Shown here piece by piece: positions 14,240-27,643 of a DNA stretch of 64,000 nucleotides (positions are counted from its first letter, which is position 1; each line of letters starts with the position of its first letter). Made by a program: the position numbers and the translations under genes. Location: assembly GCF_009914755.1 (NCBI RefSeq), contig NC_060936.1, one strand, 5' to 3'. Below the pieces are notes generated by a model, which made no database searches, was not told the DNA's origin, and saw only the letters and a list, made by a program, of their open reading frames with translations. The DNA is from the human T2T-CHM13v2.0 reference genome, Homo sapiens.

Positions 14240-15812
14240 TTAATATGTGAAGGAAAATGTTTTCAAAGGTTGAGAACCTGAAAATGTGAGATTGAGTATA
14301 TCAGAGCAGTAATTAATAAGAAGAGCTGAGGTGAAACTCGGTTTAAAAACCAAAAAAGAATCTCTCAGTTAGTAAGAAAAGGCTGAAAACCTCTTGATAC
14401 TTGAGAGTGAATATAAGTCTAAATGCTGCTTTGTATAATTTGTTCAGCTAAGGGATAGATCGATCACACTATTTAAGTGAGCCCAGATCAAAAAAGCAGA
14501 TTGAAATTTTCTTTAGAAAAGATTCTCCATGATTTGAATTGCATTCTCTTTAAACTCACCAATGTAATCATTTTGGGAGGAGGGAGAACCCACTTGCTTT
14601 CCAAATGGGTTTATTTAAACCCACAAACTCAAGAGGTTGTTGGGGGAATTAGGAAAATAAGGGTTTTCAATGACCTACATTGCTAGGTAGAGGCTGTGAT
14701 CCATGGGATTTCATTCTAATGACCATGTGAAGATGTTTGAGTCCTCCTTTGCCTTTCCTCAGAAAGAATCCTTCTAAGGCACAAATCCCTTAGATGGATA
14801 ATGTAAGGTATTGTTAACTCACTCATATTGAGATCATTTTTAGAGATACCAGGTTTTATGTATCAGCACTAGATGGTTCCACCCTCATGGGATAAAACTG
14901 CTTACAAGTATTTTGAAAGAAAAACTGACCAAAATTCTTAAATTGTTACTAAGGCAATCATGCACAGGTGACGTATGTCTTATCTGATTTGTTTTTAACT
15001 CCTTGGTGCCCAAAGCTCAGAAGGGAATTCCACTGCCAGCAATGAACATACCTGGAAAAGAAAGTAAGCAATCTGGGATTTTTTTTCTGGGTTAGTAAAG
15101 AATTTTTGCAATAAGTTTTATCAGTTGATTCAAACTGATGTGCATCTTAATGATCAAATGTGCACATTACATAAATTAAGTCCACTGATACAACTTCTTA
15201 CACATGTATCTCTAGTAGCTCTGGCAAACCCAATATCTGACACCACTTTGGACTCAAGAGACTCAGTAACGTATTATCCTGTTTATTTAGCTTGGTTTTA
15301 GCTGTGTTCTCTCTGGATAACCCACTTGATGTTAGGAACATTACTTCTCTGCTTATTCCATATTAATACTGTGTTAGGTATTTTAAGAAGCAAGTTATTA
15401 AATAAGAAAAGTCAAAGTATTAATTCTTACCTTCTATTATCCTATATTAGCTTCAATACATCCAAACCAAATGGCTGTTAGGTAGATTTATTTTTATATA
15501 AGCATGTTTATTTTGATCAGATGTTTTAACTTGGATTTGAAAAAATACATTTATGAGATGTTTTATAAGATGTGTAAATATAGAACTGTATTTATTACTA
15601 TAGTAAAGGTTCAGTAACATTAAGGACCATGATAATGATAATAAACCTTGTACAGTGGCATATTCTTTGATTTATATTGTGTTTCTCTGCCCATTTTCTT
15701 TAAATTCATTAACTGTATATATGTAAATATATAGTACTTGTAAATAGATTCCAAATTTGCTTTTCTATTGGGTAAAAAATAAATTTGTAATAAAATGTGT
15801 GACTATGAAACA
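14240..15812 (+). other. LGR5: LGR5 3'UTR (end approximate)
   Basis: AT-rich sequence from stop to tandem AATAAA; cleavage site estimated. Confidence 0.75.
15778..15794 (+). terminator. Tandem poly(A) signals of LGR5
   Basis: AATAAA at 15778-15783 and 15789-15794, with upstream UGUA motifs; another AATAAA at 15640-15645. Confidence 0.8.
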
Positions 15813-15875
15813 AAATATTTTCAAGTCTATTTATTGAGCCCACAGGCAGATATATAGTCTCCTAAATGTTTTTAA

Positions 15876-16209
<334 letters not shown>

Positions 16210-19200
16210 TGCTATTTAAGTATTAATATTTGTACTTAATACTCTAAATATATTGCACTTATCATAAAAAAAGCAATCTTTCACAAAACGAATCAAAATA
16301 TCATTACCAACTCCTGAATTGTTTATGATTGATAAGCCATTTTGTCCTGACTTTTGTGAAGGTTATGATAGTTTGGATTTTATAAGCTAGAACTTTTATT
16401 GGTCTCAAACTTCTTTTGCAATATAAGAAAAATCCTCACAATTAGAAAGAAATATATGAATAACAAATCAACCTTAAATTATTTAACATGGACATGAGTT
16501 TAAACATGAGTTTAAAAACTCATGTACTTGTTAAATAATTCATTTGATGATTATGTCAAGGCCAAAACATGAGGACATGCAATTCCCAGGGCACAAAGAA
16601 ACACACTGTTCCCCTTCGGTCCCCATCCCCCAAAACATGAGAAATGAAATTATTTTTCTAGACACCTGTGCCAGACCCTACCAGCTCCAGTGGTGATTCC
16701 TGCTCTCCTTGCATGGATTGCAAAATGAAACCATCAAGTACTAGTAGGAGGCACAGCATTATTGCTAAAATTAACACGTTTACAGAGCACCCACAGGGCA
16801 CCTGGCACTGAGTTTTCCACCTACCCATCAGACTTAACCACATGCCCAAACCTAATTAACAGGCATCAAATGGGATCCTCTTTTGTGCAGTCCATGCTTG
16901 GCTTGGCTTATCTTCAGCTGAAACAAGAGCTCACTCCTCTTACTCTCCCACCTCTTAACCCAGGCAGCAGATATAAAAGTCGCCTCTAGAGGAATGCATC
17001 TCATTCTTTCTTTTCAATATACTTGCCCAAAGTCAGGAACAAGTCCTGGCAGCCCCTTTGTCTCCCGCTCAAGAAAACACAAGTCAGTAATGTAATTAAA
17101 AAAAAAAAAGACACTTAAATTCACTCCAACTTATTTCTTTAGATAAATCCACAGGCTTTATTATTTTATTGACAAAACACTAGTTATAATACACCTTACA
17201 CAAAACACTGCCATCTGATAAATGTTCTCCACTCTAATATAGCATAATCAGAAAGAACTTGAATTACATCCACAAATAAATAAATCTACAGTGAGAAGGG
17301 GAAAGATGTACTGTTCAGACATTGAACAACAGTAAAGAACAAACCATGGAACAAATTTGTAAAAACCATAAACTGTGAACTAGCTTAAAGTAAGGCAGTA
17401 ACAATTTTGTTTCCAAAAACAGGTTCATTCATTCAACAAGTATTCTGCACCATTATGTGCTGTATTCTATGCACTGCGGATAACAAAACAAGGTCTGGAA
17501 TTCGCATTCCAGCGGAGGGGAGATAGACAGTAAACAAATATAAACATGGAAATATCCGATAGAAACATAAATGAAGGAAATGAAGCTATTTTAAATAGTC
17601 TATTGGGAATAATTAGTGTGGTGCTTTAGAAATGGAGCTCCGGAAAGGCCTCTCTGGAAAGCCACCTTTTAGGCTAAGACCTTATGCTCACAATGGAGCT
17701 ACCTTTGCTTTTGAATTTAACCAGTTACATCAAAAAACTCATCATTTCTAGTCCCTCTCTTCATATGTCACCTATAACTATTTTCAGGGACATTTTAATA
17801 GAAAAATATATTAGGTGGCTGTTACTGCACATCATTTTTTTTCAACTGTTACAGAAGAGAAAATCATTCTTATATGAAATAAAAAACATCTACTCATTTA
17901 GTTTTGGCTAAAAATATAACAATAAAGCAGTAAAAGGAAATAAAATTAGCAACACCTTCTTCATTTAGAACCAGAAAAACTCTAACATATGAAAAAGTAA
18001 CAATGTCCTGCTTCTTTTGTTAATCTTATCACATTTAGTTCAGAGGCCCATCTGATGAGAAAGAAGTCCTAGATAAATAGATGGGATTGCTGTGACCCTA
18101 CTGGTTCCATTCATGCTCTTCAGTACTGGAGATTTGATTTTACAGTTCCACTATGCAGATAAAAGAGACTATCTTCCTATGGGCCACTAAACACTAACTA
18201 TTTTCTCTCTCAGGCCACAGAGACCCTTAACTACAATTAGGTTATGGTCACTTTTCCTTGCAAGTGAAGTGGGGAGGGGCTGTGTAGCCATATCCCCATT
18301 TCGATGTCCTCCTTATGAACATTTCTAAAGATGTTGAACTCAGATTCTACACTGACTCGTTCATCTCATACACAAGTTCCTGAAGCCTATTGGGTAGGAT
18401 GATAAAACTTCAGAAACGGGCAGAAAATGCATGTGATAGGCTGGAGAAGCATTATGGAATACAGGTTCATACTCATTGTGGACATGACTTTCCACTCTAG
18501 AGACAGTACTTTATGGGAATGTTGAAAACATGCTACTCCATGAGAATAGTGAATGAAACAGTGAGTGGAATAGGGAAATGATATCCTATCAAATAATAGT
18601 CTAAAAAATGGAGAATGTGTCACCTGGAGAAAAGCAGGCTAAAGGAAAATATTTAAAATATTTGAATAATTGAAATTTACTAAGTGCTTTCTTAAGTACG
18701 AGCCTATAGTAGGCCAAATAGTAAAATGATTAAGCTCAACTGCCAGACAGACCTGGGTTCAAATCCTACTTCTGTTACTATCTGTGTAATCCTTGGACAA
18801 GGTATTTAATTTTTTTCAGCCTCAAATTTCTCCTCAAAAAAATGGGCATCACACCACCAGCCTCATAGGATTGGAAATACTAATAACTCAGTGTATATAA
18901 AGTTACCATCACACTACCTGAAAAGCATTGAATAGTACGTATTTAATTAATGGATCCTGTGTTTCCCCCTCTTTTGACAGCCTTATGGAATGAGCAAAGC
19001 AGGCCTTGTCATTTTGCCAATGAAAATATAGAGTCAGAAGGATAAGTGACTTGCGAAGGTCACAGATGAGGAACTAGGACTAAAACCCAAGTTTCGCTTA
19101 ATAGCACTGAAAAACAGTCATAGAGTAAGCTGACTTACTCTTTAAGAGAACAAGAACCAACTGGTGAACGATTCAGAGAGACAGATTTGGCTTACCTAAG

Positions 19201-19976
19201 AAAGATTCCATCAGGTCTCTTGTATACCAAAAAAAAACTATCATATTGAGTGAGAAGTTAGATCAAATTACAGCTAACTTTCCAATGACGAACATTTTGG
19301 ATGAATGCTTGTTAGTCTTCTCAGAAGGAATGCCAGATTCAGAAGATTGCTGAGGAAGGCAATGAGACCTTATATCAACATCCTGAAACGAGAGGGTATA
19401 TAGTTCTGTGTCACAAGTGGGTGGGCATTTCTCAGTCCATTCAGCATGGTGAAGGATAAAGACGTGAGATTTAAGCCCACTTGTTACAGACCTGCTGTGG
19501 AACACTAGAAAAGCCCCTTCATTTTTTCAGCTCCTGACTGACTCTGATCTTTGCCCTCAAACTACTGATGAAACAATATCAACTCTTTAAGGTTCTAGCA
19601 GGTTTGATGTCTGTTCTTTCTACTGCTCTCTCTCCCCACGTAGTGAGAAATACAGATAAAAGTCAAGTAAGCCAGAGCCACAGTCCCAAATCACAGAAAT
19701 ACCATCACCAAAGAGCAATAGATGGCAAAGTTAAGACATCACACATCAGATTGTCTCTTTAGCTGCTGACAGTCCTCAGATGTCTACCTGTCACTCTATT
19801 TGCTGCCTGCCTTCCTTCTTCCTTCATATCATTTTTGATCCAAGGCTGTAAATATTAGATTACTGAGGTGAAATATTTAATGACTGTGGTTAGTTAGCCT
19901 CTTTTGATCATAAGTCATGATGGAGAGTAGAGAGTTATTGGGAGGACACATGTGGAAATAAGAAAAACAGGAATCT

Positions 19977-20275
19977 GGCTGGGCACGGTGGTTCACGCCT
20001 GTAATTCCAGCACTTTGGGAAGCCGAGGCGGGAAGATCACCTGAGGTCGAGAGTTTGAGACCAGCGTGGTCAATATGGTGAACCTTGTCTCTACTAAAAA
20101 TACAAAAAACTAGCCAAGTGTGGTGGCATGTGCCTGTAATTCCAGCTACTCAGGAGGCTGAGGCAGGAGAATAGCTTGAACCCAGGAAGTGGAGGTTGCA
20201 GTGAGCCGAGATGGTGCCATTGCACTCCAGGTTGGGCAACAGAGTAAGACTCTGTCTCAAAAAAAAAAAAAAAAA
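19977..20275 (+). mobile_element. AluS
   Basis: Full dimer with A tail. Confidence 0.92.
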
Positions 20276-20718
20276 GAGGAAAGAAATAAAAGAATGGCTA
20301 CTCCATGGACAGAGCAGCCCCAATGGCTGCTGGTTGCTCATTTTTATGGTTATTGCTTGATAATATGCCAAACAAGGAGTATATTATTAATACCTCCCCT
20401 TTTTAGACCATATAGGGTAACTTCCTGGCATTGCCATGGTATTTGTAAATTGTCATGGTGCTGGCAGGAGTGTAGCAGTGAGGACAACCAGAGATCACTC
20501 TTGTCGCCATCTTGGTCTTGGTGGATTTTAGCCGGCTTCTTTACTGCAAGCTGTTTTATCAGCAAGGTCTTTATGACCTGTGTTTTGTGCCAACCTCCCA
20601 TCTCGTCTGTGACTTAACAATGCCTTAACCATCTGGGAATGCAGCCCAGTAGGTTTCAGCCTCATTTTACCCAGCTCCTAGTCGAGACGGAGTTGCTGTG
20701 GTTCCAACAGCTTTGACA
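20276..20718 (-). mobile_element. MER41 (MER41A-like) ERV1 LTR, 3'-truncated
   Basis: - strand begins TGTCA; internal CCAAGATGGCGAC, CAGGAAGTTACCCTATATGGTCTAAAAAGGGGAGG and GGAGTAGCCATTCTTTTATT match remembered MER41. Confidence 0.8.
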
Positions 20719-21510
20719 GTTGCAGTGAGCCAAGATCATACCACTGCACTCTATCCTGGGTGAGGGAGTAAGACCCCGTCTCAAAATAAATAAATAAGAA
20801 GTGGAAGGCTTTAACCCAGCTCTGGGATAGAGTGTTCTTATTGTCCCCTTCACCTTATGGATTTCTCACCAGTATGGTGACCCAGTTTTTCTTTGTCTTT
20901 GTTTCAAACACTTCTGTTGCTTCCAATTGATCATCTCTATTCTGTATTCTTTTCTTTCGTAGAGATAGAGTTTTGCCATGTTGCCCAGTGCCCACGCTGG
21001 TCTCGAGCTCCTGGGCTCAAACTCCTGGGCTCAAGCGCTCCCCTGGCCTTGGCCTCCCAAAGTGCTGAGATTACAGGTGTGAGCCACTCCACCCAGCCCA
21101 ATTGTCTAAATTCTGTAACTTTTCTCTATGGCATAACTTAATTTGCTGGTGCTTATTTGTTTACTTCAGCCCATTTCCCCAACACTTCCCCTACAAGGTT
21201 TTCCCTGAGGGCATGCACTTCCTACTAATTGCCTTGCCTCAATTCGAATCTTCTGCTTCTCTAACAGGGAAAGAATCTGGTTGCTCATTGTTTGTCCCTG
21301 TGGGACAGAGCCCTGGGGGCTGGGCCAGCTGGAGGTTCGTAGAAGTCACTGCTCAGACTACAGGTAGGTGATTGCAGGAGGTCAGGGTCACATGGCAAAA
21401 CCCTGATTAGCTAAACTTTCACTTTTCTCTCCAGGAGACCATGGGCAAGGATCTTTTGGAAGCTTCTAGGGGCAGCAGGCTCTTTATTGGCCTGTTCTGT
21501 ACATATGACT

Positions 21511-21879
21511 CACTATAGACAGAATGTTTTATGTCCCCCACCCCAAATTCATATGTTGAAGCCTAATCCCCAGTGCAATGGCATTTAAAGATGGGGCTTT
21601 TGGAGGGTGATTAGGTTGTAAGGACAGAAACCTCAAGAATGGGATTAGTTCCCTTATAAAAAGGGACCCCAGAGAGCACCCTCAGCCCTTCTACCATGTG
21701 AGCACACATTTAAAAGATGGTGTCTATGAATGAAGAAGTAAGCCTTCACTGAATACTGAATCTGCTGACTCCTGGATCTTGGACTTCCAAACCTCCAAAA
21801 CTGTGAGAAATAAATTTCTGTTGTTTATAAGCCATCCAATTGATGCCATTCTGTTATAGCAACCCAAGGGACCAAGACA
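21511..21879 (+). mobile_element. MLT1A-type MaLR LTR
   Basis: Typical motifs such as GGACTTCCAAACCTCCAAAACTGTGAGAAATAAATTTCTGTTG; ends AAGACA. Confidence 0.8.
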
Positions 21880-22728
21880 GACTAATTTTGATTTCCCTTA
21901 CTAAGGGAGGCAGATTGGGGGTACTAATCCAGCCCATGACCCCATATTTGCAGTTGTTTTCCAGCCACAACCCCTAACACATCCTCTGTGGAATTGACCT
22001 AAGCCAGAGCAATCAGATTCTTTTTTCCAAGAATTGAAAATTAGGGACACTGGGAGACACTAACTCAGTCAGATCATGAGGGGAAGGTGCTTGAACTGAA
22101 AGACCAAACAGAATTTTGGCTGGCAATGACACCATGAGAAGCCAAAATTATGTGTAAATTTAAGTTTTGAGAAGCAGAAATGGCCACTATAGTGAGAAAA
22201 ACAAAAGGCTGGGGTAGCAAGAAAAAGGGAGTTGAAAATGCCAAGCAGCTCCATGAATGATAAAGTTTCTAGACAGTTCCATTCCCTGGGTGGCTTGGTC
22301 ATGTTTTTTGGTCCTATTTTTAGGTGTCTAGGAATTTGCCTGTTGTGTTATTTCAAGAAACCTCTTTTATACTTGAACTAGTTTGAAGAACTTTCTATAG
22401 TTGTTATTGTGCCTCACAAAAAAACCACTCTCCAACAAAATACCCACCCCCGACTGTCCAAAACGTTTGTAAGTATAGCTGTATTGTCTTTCCTAAACGT
22501 CTGGGTAAGATCTTCTTAGCCTCTCTTTCCCAGCTCAGGTACAGTTTCCATTGCCACAGGGGAAATACAGCAGGAACCCACTAACCCTTCCATGAATCAT
22601 CATTCTATCCCTCATTTTCTATGGTCATTTACTCTGCTTATTACATTAGATATATTTATACAACATCCAAAACAAAGTAGGCAGTTACATACAATACATA
22701 CAGTACATACAGATGGAATTTTTTACCT

Positions 22729-23207
22729 TGTGAAAAGAAAAGTAAATAATAAATACATAAATAAATAAATCTTGGAAATCTTGGTACCCCAAAATCACTA
22801 AGCTAAAGGGAACAGTCAAGCTGGGAACTGCTTAGAGCAAACCTCCCTCCCATTCTACTCAAAGTCATCCCTCTGCTCACTGAAATGCATATCTGATTGC
22901 CTCCTCTGGAAAGGATAATCAGAAACTTGAAAGAATGCAACCATTTGTCTCTCACTTACCTGTGACCTGGAAGTCCCCTCCCTGCTTGAGTTGTCCCACC
23001 TTTCTGGACGGAACCAATGTACATCTTACATATGTTGATTGATGTCTCATATCTCCCTAAAATGCATAAAACCAAACTGTGCCCTGACCACCTTGGGCAC
23101 GTGTCATCAGGACCTCCTGAGGCTATGCCATGGGCACGTGTCCTCAACCTTGGCAAAATAAACTTTCTAAATTAACTGAGACCTGTCTCAGATTTTTGGG
23201 GTTCACA
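22729..23207 (+). mobile_element. Solo ERV1 LTR, MER4A-like
   Basis: TGTGAA...TTCACA termini, 4-bp TSD ACCT on both sides, internal AATAAA. Confidence 0.85.
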
Positions 23208-24863
23208 ACCTAAAACTCTATTTTTAAAAACTTCCTTTCTGTCTTCAAGTAAGAAATTTGGACAAAGAGAGCGGTAGAAATAACTGCAAGGGTTCTGGGA
23301 TCAGACACCCCTAGGCTTGAGTGCCAGCACCACCATTTACCACCTGGATAACCTTAGGCATATTACTTAATTCCTCTAAGTGGTCATTTCTTTGTTTATA
23401 AAATGAGAATAATAATAATAATAATGGCTTATTTCCTCACAGCTTATTTACTCCTTACTGAGGAATTATTAATATCAAAGTGTTTAGTATACCATACATG
23501 CTCAATAAAGGTGTAGCCATTATCTAGAGTTTGGATTGGCACAATAAATAGAACCTCTTTTCTATGCCTTTGCCCCAAACCTATTAAAAATGGGACAAAC
23601 AGAAAAGCAACAGAGGTAAAACATCACCTTCATTACCAATAAAGCTGATCGAAGATGGCAGGGTTTTTATCCACCGGCAAGTAAGCTTCCTAATAATTAA
23701 TGTGAGAATTCCGCAGATTTGTCCACTGAGACACAGAGAACATCAGACACCACAGACCTCCCCACACGGAAGTGTGCTTCTATAAAATAACAGCACGGGA
23801 GAACAGAGCCAAATGTAACCATGTTGGGGACAGTAACAGAAGGAAGAAAAAATAGAGTTCTAAATTCTAATAAGATATGTCACGTATCCTCCCTATGGAA
23901 AAATCAGTAAGAGGCTGGCATGCTGCCAGGGGTGTTACTCTAATAGAGCTCCCTCCTATGGAAGGAAACATCAGGGAGTGAGTGTGATTTCTCCCCTAGA
24001 CTTCATTACGTTTTGTTCTTTCAGTGTAATCTATGAGGCTCACCCTGTGGGACTGTGATAAGCCAGAAGTGTGGCTGTCCTCTCAGAGGAGGATCTCAAG
24101 TGCAGACAGAACAGTTTTATTCCACCTTCACAAAGCTGTTTCCCAGCTTCTGGAGTTATCTTCCTGGGACCAGGAGGAGCGGGAGATTTGGTCTCTAGAA
24201 GGCTCTGTGATGTCATGTTACCAAAATACCCTGTTTTTTTCTCAGCTTTCAAATATCTTAGACTTGCTTAAGATCAGGGTAGTCTATATGAAAACATACA
24301 CTCATCTGTGGACACAGCCTCTATAAACCTCAATAATCTATCAAGACAAAAATACCACATAGCTGAAGATTCAAACCTCATACTGGATTTGAAAGGTTCT
24401 GACAAATAGCATCCTTTCCCTTGGCCTGAGTTCTAAACAGTGAGAAACAAGAAAAAATAATAAGGCAGATATGTATCAATCTGCCACATTTCTTAATCAT
24501 AAACTTAATATTTAGAATGTGCCTTAAATATCTCAGCAATGAGCTCTCCAGAGCTAGTCATATTCTTTTCCCAGTCACAGGCAGCATTGGATGGCCACAG
24601 CCTCCCCACAGGGAGGCAAGACGCCCTATAATCCTGGAGCTGCAGAACTCACGATCCAAGTGGACAGCCTCGTTCCAAATTTTAAAAAAAGAGGAAGGGG
24701 CTAACCCAAGCAGGCCAGATTCCTTTCCCAAATGCTCCAATAAAATCTATTATTCCTGCTCCCCTAGGAGAAGACGGTGAATGAATATACCAAAAGGCAG
24801 GGATAGTGACATTAATGGAGCTCCCTCTACAGAGAAGGAAGTATCAAGAATGAGGCATATAAA

Positions 24864-25216
<353 letters not shown>

Positions 25217-26000
25217 TTAAGTGGATGCTTGTCTGGAAAAGCCAGCCTGTCATAATAGTTATTATAAGGACTTGATCCATGTCAGGTGGTATGTTGGGTG
25301 CTTTATGCAAAATATGTCACTTAATTAGGATACAAGCCTATGAGATGTGTCTTGTTATCACTGCCATTTTGTAGATTAAGCAATAGCACAAAGATTTGTT
25401 AACTTGCCTAAGATCATTCACGTAGTAAATAGGGGAGACAGGTCTCAGAGACATTTCTTTTAACAGCTACACTAGTGATTTTCAAACTTGTTAGAAATGC
25501 ACACTTGTTAGAAATGACAGGCATCACTCCCGTCTTACTGCATCAGAAATTCTGGGAGTGGAGTCCAGCAATCTGTGTTTTCATATGGCCTCCAGGTGAT
25601 TCTGATGCAGGCTAAAGTTTAAGAACCATTTTACTGACTACAGGAGTAGACCTTAAGAGAGAATTGAGCTATCATTCCTAGGGCAAGGGAGAATAGGAAA
25701 TTAAAAGTGGTTATCCTGAGTCCAGGGTAAAGGGTTGTAGTGGTAAAGGGTTGTAGTGAAATTTTATTTCATATTTTTAAAAAATGAGTAAAAATGTTGG
25801 CTAAAGCATTGACTAGGAGAAATATTTATAGAATTGGGTAAATATCTTTTTGTATTTTTTTTTACATTTGTCTATACAAAATTTATGTAGCACACATTTA
25901 GAAAAATGTAACTATTCAGTAAACATTCATTGAGTGGGTACCTTCAGGGGTAATATAATACAGTGACTGAGCATTCAGATGCTGAATCCAATTAGCCTGG

Positions 26001-27152
26001 TGCCATGGTCTGAATATCCTCCAAAGTTTATGTTTTGGAAATTTAATCCCCAATGCAAATGTTGAGAGTTGAGTTTTTTTTTCTTTTATGAGATGATGGA
26101 TTTATTTATTATCTGGATTGCAGTGATGGTAATGTACACCAACTCGCCTAATTGTATATGTTGATTATGTGCAGTTTTCTGCATACCAATTATAACTCAA
26201 TAAATCTGGCAAAGAGATAATTATTTAAAGCAAAAATATTAAGAATGTATTTTGAGGTTTGGAACAGATGTAAAAGTAAAATATTTGAGAATAATAGTGC
26301 AAATGATGGCAAAGAAAAAATGCAAATAAGCTGCTATAGGGTTATTTTTTTGTTTTTTTGTTTGTTTTTAATTTTATTATTATTATACTTTAGGTTTTAG
26401 GGTACATGTGCACAACATGCAGGTTTGTTACATATGTATACTTGTGCCATGCTTGTGTGCTGCACCCATTAACTCATCGTTTAGCATTAGGTATATCTCC
26501 TAATGCTATCCCTCCTCCCTCCCCCCATGGGGTTCTTATAATATAGGTGTTGTAGTGTATTATTTAAAGATAGACTGTGATAAGGCTTTTTTGTTAATTA
26601 GCCTGATTTGGTCATTCTACATTGTCAACATATAGCAAAACATTACATTGTGCTTTATAAATATATACATTTAAAAAAATGTCAACTTTCTTTTTGGATT
26701 TAGGGGGGAACATGTGCAGGTTTGTTACCTGTGTTATACTGTGTGATGCTGAGGTTTGGGGAACAATTGATCCCATCACCCAGGTACTGAGGAGAATAAC
26801 CAATAGTTAGTTTTTTAACCCTTGTCCCCCTCCTGAGAGGTGGGATTTTTAAGCGGTGATTAAATCATGAGGGCTCTTCCCTCTTGAAGAGATAAATGCT
26901 GTTTATCAAGGGAGTGAATTCCTAATAAAAGGATGACTTTGGCCCCCTTCTGGGCTCTCTCTCACACTCTTGTGCTTTCTTGCCCTTCTGCCTTCTGCCA
27001 CGGGATGACAGAGAAAGAAAGTCCTTACTAGATGTGGCCCCTCAATCTTGAACTTCTCAGCCTCAAGAACCATAAGCCCAATAAACTTGCATTGTTTATA
27101 AATTACCCAGCCTGTGGTGTTCTGTTATAGCAACATAAAATGAACCAATACA
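26001..27152 (+). mobile_element. MST-type MaLR LTR inside a MIR, interrupted by an insert of about 770 bp
   Basis: TG...CA termini, 5-bp TSD CCTGG; LTR sequence resumes at 26834. Confidence 0.8.
26345..26528 (-). mobile_element. Younger L1PA 3' end fragment
   Basis: TTATTATACTTTAGGTTTTAGGGTACATGTGCACAAC...AATGCTATCCCTCC. Confidence 0.85.
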
Positions 27153-27299
27153 CCTGGGTTCCAATCCCAACTCCAACTTTCAAAAGTTGTGTGATCCTGG
27201 CAAGTTTCTTTAGTTCCCTTTCTTCAGAGTGCTCATCAGTAAAATGGAGTTGATAAAATCATATTATACTGTATCTGTCAGCAAAGTTCACTTTCCAAT

Positions 27300-27643
27300 T
27301 GCTATTGGCTGCATGTTTGTGTCCCTCCAAAATGCATGTGTTATATCCTTATCCCTGAGGTCATGGAATTAGGAGGTGGGGCCTTTAGGGACATGATTAG
27401 GTCATGAGGGCATAACCCTCATCAATGGGATTAGTGCTCTTTTAAAAGAGACCCCAGATAGACAGCCCTTCCACCATATAAGAACACAGATAGAAGGTAC
27501 CATCTATGAAGAGTGGGCCCTTAGCAGACACCAAATCTGCCAGCTTGGACTTCCCAACCTCCAGAACTGTGAGAAATAAATGTTGTTTATAAGTCACCTA
27601 GTTTATGGTATTTTTGGTATAGCATCTGGAATGAACTAAGACA
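27300..27643 (+). mobile_element. MLT1A-type MaLR LTR
   Basis: TGCTATTGG...GAACTAAGACA with MLT1A internal motifs. Confidence 0.8.

Noticed and set aside
18050-19390. Possible L3/CR1 and MIR remnants
   Set aside because: Too diverged to bound reliably by eye
20276-20718. MER41 as an interferon-gamma/STAT1 enhancer
   Set aside because: The tandem GAS (TTCNNNGAA) segment typical of MER41B is not present after AAAAAGGGGAGG; this copy looks MER41A-like
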